Below, piece after piece: positions 57,290-64,000 of a stretch of DNA of 64,000 nt (its first letter is position 1; each line of letters begins with the position of its first letter). Source of the stretch: an uncultured Gammaproteobacteria bacterium (GTDB lineage: Bacteria; Patescibacteriota; Microgenomatia; Levybacterales; UBA12049); contig CAZWXQ010000001.1 of NCBI GenBank assembly GCA_964637955.1, positions 118,993 through 182,992 on the forward strand, read 5' to 3'. Under the pieces are notes generated by a model. That model was not told where the DNA came from, made no database searches, and worked only from the letters and a program-made list of their open reading frames with translations. The position numbers and the translations under genes were made by a program.

Positions 57290-59038
57290 ATGAGCGAGAC
57301 ATCAGGTTCCGGAGTAAATTTTGTTCGTCAAAGCCCTGATTTGGTTGGTCCCGTTGAACAGCTCCCCAAGGGGGCTGTTTCTAGAGAGCTTGGAAAAATA
57401 ACTCACCGGGAAATTCTTGCAGCTTCGGAAAGACCTTTAGAAAAAGGTGGCACACGTATATTTTTACAGGTAAATGCTAAGGATGATAGGAGTAAGGATG
57501 CAACTGATTTGGGTGCTTTGGTTCCCGAATCAGCACAAATGGTACAAGATGGAGCTAAGGAGTCTCTAGATAAAATATTGGCAGGGATTCCTGAAGGTGA
57601 GAGAAAAGACGTAAAAATAGTTGTAATTGCTGGAGACCATACACTAGAGACTCCGGGAGGATTAAAAAGTCCCCATAAGAGAGCAGTTGAATCTGGAGAA
57701 AGAGTAATTACTGGACTTAGAAGTTCATTGTTTGAGCATCATCTTTTGGAAGAACAACTATTAAATAATTCAGCGGAGTCTGGTGCAGGTGGAAAACCTA
57801 TTGAAGTTACAGGCCTTCGGGACTTAGCCATGTTTGAGTCTCCGGAGTTTGTAAAGTTTATGACAGATAAATATGGAACTGATGGGACTGCATTATGGGA
57901 GGCATATGAAGCAGATGCCGACAAAGAAACAAGAATAGCAATGGGAGTAGAGGGTCCGGATGAAATAGCAGAAAGAGTAAATTACACAGTTTCGCTTCAA
58001 GCTCAGTTAGCAAAAGAATTCCATGAGCATAATCCGGGACAGAGGCTAATTGTTTGGGCAGTAGGATCTTATGATTCACTAAGTCCTTACATAAAAAGAA
58101 ATGTTCAAGGTGTAGATCCAGCAAAAAACTATCTAGGAATGGATAAGAGTGGAGGAATAGCTCTGGATATAGCTCCGGACGGCGGAATTTCTACCACTAT
58201 CCAAGGAAAAAAGTTGCCCATAAAATCTGTATTACCAAAAATCCCGGAAAATCCCGAAAAATTTCCAATTATTACTTCACAAGACATAAAGCTTGATCCA
58301 CCTGCAAATGGTACAACAATAGTTTTTCAAAGACATGCTAAATACCAACGAGAAGATGGTCCAGGTGTAGGAAGCTTAGTAGAAGGAGCATATGAAGAGC
58401 AGAGAGATTTAGTTCAAGGTATGGTGGGAAATTTATTTGATTCACTGGGAGATGATGCTGGTAAAACTGACTTTTTAGTATTAGGAAGCGATACTTTTTA
58501 CCGTGGTGGAGGACAAAGAAGTATGGAAACTGCTGCTGCGGCGCTTGAGGGGATTAGCATAGAAATAGAAAGTAGAGGTTTGAAATCAGTTATTTTAAAT
58601 AATCAAGAAGACGGCAAACCGAGACCCACGCCAAGTTTAAGAGAGCCTAATATGTTTACGGAGGCACCTGATTTTGTAAAGTTTATGGAAGAAAAATATC
58701 CTAAAGATTTTTGGAAATTCTACGAAGAAGATATTGAAAAAGAAATAAGAGAAAGTGTAGGAGCAGAAGGCCCTATTGAGCTTGGAGATAGGCTCGCAAA
58801 ATATGAAAGAGCTCTTGAGAGGTACTCCCGGTTTTACCACAAGAGCTACCCAGGGAGAAGGCTTGTCATTTGGGCAGCAACCCATTATGACACTATTAGC
58901 CCATATGTAAAAAATCATGTAATGAAAAAATCTGGGATACAACCAGTAGATTATGGAGGAGGAATTTCAATAAATATAGACTCTGAAGGAAGATCGAAGA
59001 CTAGTGTTGCGGGAGTAGATTACTTCTTACCTTCTTGA
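57290..59038 (+). CDS. Hypothetical 582-aa protein built from two homologous ~290-aa halves (internal duplication)
   Basis: Half 1 …SPEFVKFMTDKYGTDGTALWEAYEADADKETRIAMGVEGPDEIAERV…RLIVWAVGSYDSLSPYIKRNV… aligns to half 2 …APDFVKFMEEKYPKDFWKFYEEDIEKEIRESVGAEGPIELGDRL…RLVIWAATHYDTISPYVKNHV…. Confidence 0.5.
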   Translation: MSETSGSGVNFVRQSPDLVGPVEQLPKGAVSRELGKITHREILAASERPLEKGGTRIFLQVNAKDDRSKDATDLGALVPESAQMVQDGAKESLDKILAGIPEGERKDVKIVVIAGDHTLETPGGLKSPHKRAVESGERVITGLRSSLFEHHLLEEQLLNNSAESGAGGKPIEVTGLRDLAMFESPEFVKFMTDKYGTDGTALWEAYEADADKETRIAMGVEGPDEIAERVNYTVSLQAQLAKEFHEHNPGQRLIVWAVGSYDSLSPYIKRNVQGVDPAKNYLGMDKSGGIALDIAPDGGISTTIQGKKLPIKSVLPKIPENPEKFPIITSQDIKLDPPANGTTIVFQRHAKYQREDGPGVGSLVEGAYEEQRDLVQGMVGNLFDSLGDDAGKTDFLVLGSDTFYRGGGQRSMETAAAALEGISIEIESRGLKSVILNNQEDGKPRPTPSLREPNMFTEAPDFVKFMEEKYPKDFWKFYEEDIEKEIRESVGAEGPIELGDRLAKYERALERYSRFYHKSYPGRRLVIWAATHYDTISPYVKNHVMKKSGIQPVDYGGGISINIDSEGRSKTSVAGVDYFLPS

Positions 59039-59586
59039 TATTTTTTGAGGAGAAAATCTGTGGCTTCTTGAACAGACTTAAATTCTGGAACACCTTTTTT
59101 CTTCCACTGCCTAATCCAATTTCTGTGCCATAAAACTCCAGAGAGCCTTTCCATAGTTGCACCTCCATCGTAATTTTCTTTTTCTCTGGTGGCAATATAT
59201 CTTTTATGAGTACTCCAGTTAGGAAGGACTATGGCATCTGGTGGAAGAAAATTGTTGGAAGCGCCTATCACCCAAAGTCCAAGAGATTTGGCCTGAATTG
59301 TAATTACATCGCTTCTTTGGTCAATGGTATCAATAACTCCACCGCCCCAAGTCCACCATTCACCTTTAGGATGAGCATTTGTTTTTTCCCAAAGAGTGTC
59401 ACCATCTATCCAATGTTTTTCTTTTTGTCTTTCAAGAAAATAGCTTTTTCCTGCCCCAGATGGAGCCATAATGAAATAACCTTGTGTATGTTTAATACTG
59501 TCCTTAATGAATGATTCGTATATATCTGTTCCATCAGAGAAGGCCAGGGGAGTCTTAAAATCCATTGTACCAAAGTGTACTGGCAT
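59020..59586 (-). CDS. Small P-loop NTPase/kinase-like protein (APSGAGKS)
   Basis: Walker A motif; convergent 19-nt overlap with upstream gene. Confidence 0.4.
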   Translation of the reverse strand: MPVHFGTMDFKTPLAFSDGTDIYESFIKDSIKHTQGYFIMAPSGAGKSYFLERQKEKHWIDGDTLWEKTNAHPKGEWWTWGGGVIDTIDQRSDVITIQAKSLGLWVIGASNNFLPPDAIVLPNWSTHKRYIATREKENYDGGATMERLSGVLWHRNWIRQWKKKGVPEFKSVQEATDFLLKKYQEGKK

Positions 59587-59671
59587 AAAGTAAATATAAC
59601 TTTTTTATTTAGGGAAAGCAATAATTATAGTCCGTATTTTTCGATATTGAACTTTTCTTCCAAAAGATTCT

Positions 59672-60562
59672 TCAAAAAGAAGTAATTTCGTCCAAAGGTT
59701 TTGTGTAATCTATAAATGCGGCAGAGCTTGTATTGAAATTGCTTATAGGTAAGACTTGTTTTCCAGGATAAACATATTTACGGAAAAAATCAGTTCCTTT
59801 TTGAAGAGTTACGCCTGAATGCGAATCTTCTTCGAAAAGAATTACTTGTTTTCCTTTACCTTCAGATTGTAAATACACAGCTTCTTCCTCTGACATCATA
59901 GGTCTAGCATCATTCTTTTTACTTCTTGAAAACCTTACAACATAAAGACTTGAGTCTTTGCGTTTGGTAATATCGGCATGTCTTAAAAATACATCCATTC
60001 CTGCAGCTGTAGCGCCTTGTCCTAAGGCAATTAGCATTAAGGAATCTTGTGGAAATCTAAATGCAAGGTTCATTGCCGTTTGGTAAGAATATTGCGGATC
60101 AGTCCCTATCCAGGTCGCTCGGTCATCTTTTTGATGTATGTCCCAAGCAAGTTCTTCGGGTGTAAGTGAAGATTTATATTTTTCAGCTTCGACAATTGCT
60201 TTCTCATAATCTTTCCTGTATGCAGCAAGTCCAATTCCTATTGCTCCCCGTACTCTTTCTACCTGTCCGGCGTGAGGATTTTCTACATTTTGATCTATGA
60301 TTCCTCTAATTAATACTTGCGGTAAAATAGCAATGCTTTTTAAATTACCAGCTCTATCAGGAGCTTTAATAGCTGAAATAAGGCTATCAATCGCAGATTC
60401 GGTAGTGCCATCAAATACCATCTCAGAACTTAGGTCTTCAAAGTTTGGTCTTGGAATTTGATCTAAAAACTGTTCATATGGAGAAATATGTAATTTACCG
60501 GTTCTAATTCTTTCACTAAACTGCTGAAATAATAAATCGTCGTTTACTGTTGCTTCACCCAT
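59672..60562 (-). CDS. Phosphoribosyltransferase-like domain protein (…VILFEEDSHSGVTL… PRPP-binding-like motif)
   Basis: Type I PRT hydrophobic-acidic-…-G-T motif near C-terminus; weak. Confidence 0.3.
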   Translation of the reverse strand: MGEATVNDDLLFQQFSERIRTGKLHISPYEQFLDQIPRPNFEDLSSEMVFDGTTESAIDSLISAIKAPDRAGNLKSIAILPQVLIRGIIDQNVENPHAGQVERVRGAIGIGLAAYRKDYEKAIVEAEKYKSSLTPEELAWDIHQKDDRATWIGTDPQYSYQTAMNLAFRFPQDSLMLIALGQGATAAGMDVFLRHADITKRKDSSLYVVRFSRSKKNDARPMMSEEEAVYLQSEGKGKQVILFEEDSHSGVTLQKGTDFFRKYVYPGKQVLPISNFNTSSAAFIDYTKPLDEITSF

Positions 60563-60650
60563 GAAATAATTATATCCAAAATTTTTAAATAAATGCTAAA
60601 TTCTTTACTCTATTTGTTTATTTCCTAGCAATTTAATATAATGCCTGCCT

Positions 60651-61340
60651 ATGGGTGAAGTATTGGCTCCTATTGACTTAGAGATGCAGCTTCATGCTGC
60701 TTTTTTAGAGCTTGAAATAACTCCTGAGCAAAAGACTTTAGCACTTGAGCTCCTTGCTCCACTAAAAGAAAAAGATGAAATTCATCGTGCGCATTATGAG
60801 CACAGTATAAGAGTAGGACTTTTAGCAAAAAGAATTGGTGGATACTTGAACTTAGATCAAAAAGCTTTGTTTTTTGCGGGAATTTTTCATGACTTGGGAA
60901 AAAGTGAGATTGATGATTCTCTTTTGGGAAAGACTGAAGCCTGGACAGAAGAAGATTATAGACAAATTCAAGAGCATCCAGTGATTGGCCACAAAATGCT
61001 TAAAGGAAAATTTGATTTTTCTGCAGATATAATCGTAAGACATCATAGGCATCAAGAAAAAAGATATCCAAAAAGATTACCAAAATATTTACATAATTAT
61101 TCTGCTGAGACGAAAGCCGAGATAGATGAATATGCAAGAATCCTTGCACTCGCAGACGTTTATGATGCACTTCATCGGGTGAATAGTAAATTTGGAGAAT
61201 TGAAAAGACTAAGCGATCAAGAAATATATGAGCAAATGATGATTCTTAATCCTGATAGAGTTGATCTCGTGCGTGAGCTTTATAGTGCGGGGATTTTCAT
61301 AAATTCAGATAGACTGAATCAACAAGCAGCTACTTTATAG
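60651..61340 (+). CDS. HD-domain phosphohydrolase with HD-GYP-like arrangement (H…HD…H…HHRH…RYP; GYP degenerate)
   Basis: …HSIRVG…IFHDLGK…RHHRHQEKRYP…. Confidence 0.55.
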   Translation: MGEVLAPIDLEMQLHAAFLELEITPEQKTLALELLAPLKEKDEIHRAHYEHSIRVGLLAKRIGGYLNLDQKALFFAGIFHDLGKSEIDDSLLGKTEAWTEEDYRQIQEHPVIGHKMLKGKFDFSADIIVRHHRHQEKRYPKRLPKYLHNYSAETKAEIDEYARILALADVYDALHRVNSKFGELKRLSDQEIYEQMMILNPDRVDLVRELYSAGIFINSDRLNQQAATL

Positions 61341-62291
61341 TCCATATTTTGAGATATTTGATTCGTGTTCGTCGAGAGTTTTGCCGTAATGATTTATCCC
61401 GTTTCCGTCAGTGATGTAGAAAAGATAATCTGTTTTTGAAGGATTAATAGCAGCTCTAATGCTCTCGATTCCAGGATTGCTTATGGGCGCTGGTGGAAGA
61501 CCCGCGACTTTATAAGTGTTATATGGAGAATTGATTTGTTTATCATCATTGGTTAGGCCTTGTTTCCACCATCTTTTTTCTGCTTTTTGATAGCCTAGGA
61601 TGTATTGAAGAGTGGCGTCGATATCAAGTTTCATTCCGATTCCAAGTCTGTTATTAATTACGCTTGATACGATAGGCCTGTCTTCGTCGTGTCTTGCCTC
61701 GCGTTCAATTAGAGATGCCAAAGTTACGATCTGAGTTTTTGTAAGTTTAGTTTTACTTGTATCAAGAGTCGCATACTTAGAATCGAAGTTATCTCGCATA
61801 GTTTTAACGATCATATCTATGTCAGCATCTTTCGGGAATGAATAAGTATCAGGGAATAAATATCCTTCGTTTTTTTCTAGCTCCGCATTCCAGCTCTCAT
61901 CATAATTCGGCATTTTATTTTCCAAAGTTTCAGCTATTTCTGCTGCACGCTGTCCTTCAGGAACAGTTACCCAAAGATCTTGTGTTCCGTGGGTAAACTC
62001 TGTGGCAATTTCAGCAGCTGACATATTCGGGATAAGTCTAAATTCTCCGGCCTGAATTTTACTATCTATCCCCATCTTTTTAGTTAAAAGAAAGAATGCA
62101 ACTTGGTCTTTAATAAGTCCCTGTTCTTTTAGGTTTTTGGAGACTGCTCGAATTCCCTGACCTGGCTGAATCACAAAAATTACAGGCTTATTATTATTTT
62201 TATTTACCGCAGATGTTCCATTGATCCACCAAGCTAGGGCAATTACAAAGAGAACAAGAAGAATTGCGACTGTGATGTAGATTCTCTTCAT
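61335..62291 (-). CDS. mltG: MltG/YceG-family endolytic murein transglycosylase
   Basis: N-terminal TM + YceG-like domain motifs. Confidence 0.7.
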   Translation of the reverse strand: MKRIYITVAILLVLFVIALAWWINGTSAVNKNNNKPVIFVIQPGQGIRAVSKNLKEQGLIKDQVAFFLLTKKMGIDSKIQAGEFRLIPNMSAAEIATEFTHGTQDLWVTVPEGQRAAEIAETLENKMPNYDESWNAELEKNEGYLFPDTYSFPKDADIDMIVKTMRDNFDSKYATLDTSKTKLTKTQIVTLASLIEREARHDEDRPIVSSVINNRLGIGMKLDIDATLQYILGYQKAEKRWWKQGLTNDDKQINSPYNTYKVAGLPPAPISNPGIESIRAAINPSKTDYLFYITDGNGINHYGKTLDEHESNISKYGL

Positions 62292-63562
62292 CGAATTGTT
62301 ACAAAAGGGAAATTCTCAATTGAGTCTTTTCCTTCCTTAAGATTATACACAGAATCAGAGTAAAATGTACAGATCGGTTCGTTCTTTACTACCTTTTCGC
62401 CAAGTTTCTTCCGAAGATAAATTCCAGCGGTTTTCATATCAGGAGCACCAAGAACTCTGGTAAGTTTTGATAAGTTTTTTATTTCAAACTCCATAACTTC
62501 GCCGCTTCCATGAGCTACGAAGTCAAAAGTATGTTTTCCAGGCTTTAGATCACTACTAGTTATTTTTGGATTCCCACCTTGGGCGTCAATAATTTCTTTA
62601 AATTTCGAAAGTGCTTCTCCAGATTTTAATATGTCCATTGCCCAGTTAAATCCATTTTTATGTTGATTCCTTACCTTTTCTCTGAGGGTCTTAGAACTGT
62701 CTGCGAGGCACAGTTCAAGAAGTGTTCCTGCCAAATTTATACTCCGAGCTTCCAGATCAAGGGCTCTGTTTGGATCTTGTTCAAGAACTAGCAGAGATTC
62801 TTTTGTTTCAAGAACTGGCCCAAGACCTCGTCCTGCTGGTTCTTCAGTTTTATGTACTAAGACTTCAATTTTTACCCCAAACTTTTTTGCCAAATTTTCA
62901 AATTTCCTCTTGAGAAGTTTTGCATCTGCTAAAGAGTGAACTTTGACAGTTTTTCCATAAGGAAGATCGATTACGACGTGAGTGCTCCCAAATGCGACTT
63001 TCTTAGCCATTATGGAAATTAAAATCTTGTCATATGATTCATATAGAAGTGCTTCTTCAACTTTTATAATAATGTCGTCAGCAGGAGCTATATTAAAACT
63101 TCCGCCCCAAACAATGCAGCCATTTGTTTTTTTAACGGTCGAGTAAATTTGTTCTTTGGTTAGATTTACCGGAGCCAAAACTTCAAAATCATCTGCTGTT
63201 CCTCCAGGTGTAGTTATAGCGCGCGATGAGCTTTTGGGAATTTTAAAGCCAGCAGCTGCTATGATTGGCACTACGATCATAGTAGTTCTTGTTCCAGGAA
63301 CACCTCCTATTGAGTGCTTGTCGGCTACGATTCCAGAAAACTCCAATTTTTCTCCTGTCTCAACCATTGCCTTCGTAAGAAAGTATATTTCTTCATCGGA
63401 AAAGCCTTTTGAAATTCCTGAGGCAGCAAAATAAGTCGTTAATATATCCCCAAGTTTTTTTTGGGAAATTTGATCCATGATGGCATAAATTTCTTTATAC
63501 TTTAGTTTTCGGCCAACCAGTTTGTCTTTTATAGCGCTTCTGGCTAAATCTTTTTCATCCAT
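62288..63562 (-). CDS. Thymidine/AMP phosphorylase-family (glycosyltransferase family 3) nucleoside phosphorylase
   Basis: …DKHSIGGVPGTRTT… signature. Confidence 0.75.
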   Translation of the reverse strand: MDEKDLARSAIKDKLVGRKLKYKEIYAIMDQISQKKLGDILTTYFAASGISKGFSDEEIYFLTKAMVETGEKLEFSGIVADKHSIGGVPGTRTTMIVVPIIAAAGFKIPKSSSRAITTPGGTADDFEVLAPVNLTKEQIYSTVKKTNGCIVWGGSFNIAPADDIIIKVEEALLYESYDKILISIMAKKVAFGSTHVVIDLPYGKTVKVHSLADAKLLKRKFENLAKKFGVKIEVLVHKTEEPAGRGLGPVLETKESLLVLEQDPNRALDLEARSINLAGTLLELCLADSSKTLREKVRNQHKNGFNWAMDILKSGEALSKFKEIIDAQGGNPKITSSDLKPGKHTFDFVAHGSGEVMEFEIKNLSKLTRVLGAPDMKTAGIYLRKKLGEKVVKNEPICTFYSDSVYNLKEGKDSIENFPFVTIR

Positions 63563-63571
63563 CCCGTTTAG

Positions 63572-63591
63572 AAGCAGATCGCGATCTGCTT
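63572..63591. promoter_or_regulatory. 20-bp perfect palindrome AAGCAGATCGCGATCTGCTT, 10 nt upstream of phosphorylase start codon
   Basis: Read from sequence. Confidence 0.4.
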
Positions 63592-63815
63592 GTCTCCTAA
63601 TTTATTGTTTTGTTATTATCATAGATTATCATTTTTCATTGCATATTAATTGTGATCGCGGCTTCTAACGGGATCCATTTTTAACTTGATCAAATGCTCT
63701 CGCCACAGTGTTTTTTATAAGGTTTAGTAAAAAATAAAAAAATCCAGTTAAAAATCTATGAATTTTTGACCAAAAAACGTAAATATATTTTTGAGTATCA
63801 GTTCTTTCCATAATT

Positions 63816-64000
63816 TCAGAGTTCTTGAATCCTTGCTTTCAAAATCAGCCTTTTCCAGATAGTTCCTGGAGGAGTACAAGTAATAATTGTTATAAAACTA
63901 TCAGTAAAATTTTGTGCAAGAACAGATGTGTCTCCAGGATCTACCACAGTGACGCTTTCGATTTTATATCTATGTGTTTCATTTTTTATATTTACCAAGA
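63816..64000 (-). CDS. Sortase C-terminal fragment (…ITIITCTPPGT…R…); gene continues beyond window end
   Basis: TLxTC active-site Cys motif and downstream Arg. Confidence 0.5.
   Translation of the reverse strand, partial: LVNIKNETHRYKIESVTVVDPGDTSVLAQNFTDSFITIITCTPPGTIWKRLILKARIQEL

Overview
The window is AT-rich bacterial chromosome, roughly 33% GC by eye with several islands of higher GC. Gene content (a short-form IF-2, little Shine-Dalgarno signal, several apparently leaderless promoters) would fit a small-genome, possibly CPR/Patescibacteria-like organism, but that attribution is a guess.

Layout, start to end:
- 10-1986: a ClpC-like AAA+ ATPase, possibly truncated at the window edge.
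- 2040-16802: a ~14.8-kb region bounded by near-identical 36-bp direct repeats (35/36 identical). It carries a complete copper-resistance cluster (CsoR with a textbook operator, CopA, a membrane protein with a cupredoxin_1 domain, CopZ, a Met-rich DUF305 protein) followed by a phage-like module with no virion structural genes. That module holds a DUF2188 protein, a LexA-like repressor, a ParB-fused N6/N4 DNA methyltransferase, terminase small and large subunits, an XRE repressor, an Ltp-like superinfection-exclusion protein, a large serine recombinase and an AlbA_2-domain protein. I read this as an integrated mobile element or a satellite/defective prophage carrying metal-resistance cargo.
- 17160-22654, immediately outside the right repeat: a minus-strand operon of compositionally distinct genes. 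It encodes a 991-aa protein with two calcineurin-like metallophosphoesterase modules, a frameshifted beta-CASP MBL nuclease and two unknown proteins. This is a candidate undescribed nuclease/phosphoesterase system.
- The rest is housekeeping with several unusual architectures: a PurB(adenylosuccinate lyase)-HAD fusion, an AbrB-PhoU fusion, nusA-infB-(DHH-like)-rpsO-pnp with low-complexity tails on NusA, the DHH protein and PNPase, a Lon ATPase module with no protease domain, RNase J, a secreted-protein cluster, a ~425-bp GC-rich ORF-free block that looks like a structured ncRNA gene, a PEBP protein, a 530-aa protein with six tandem LuxR/GerE HTH domains, an HhH-GPD glycosylase, a GIY-YIG protein, a divergent GlpX-like protein, FtsK, RodZ, YtxH/DUF948, an HD(-GYP-like) protein, MltG, a nucleoside phosphorylase and a partial sortase.

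No CRISPR array, rRNA or convincing tRNA was found.
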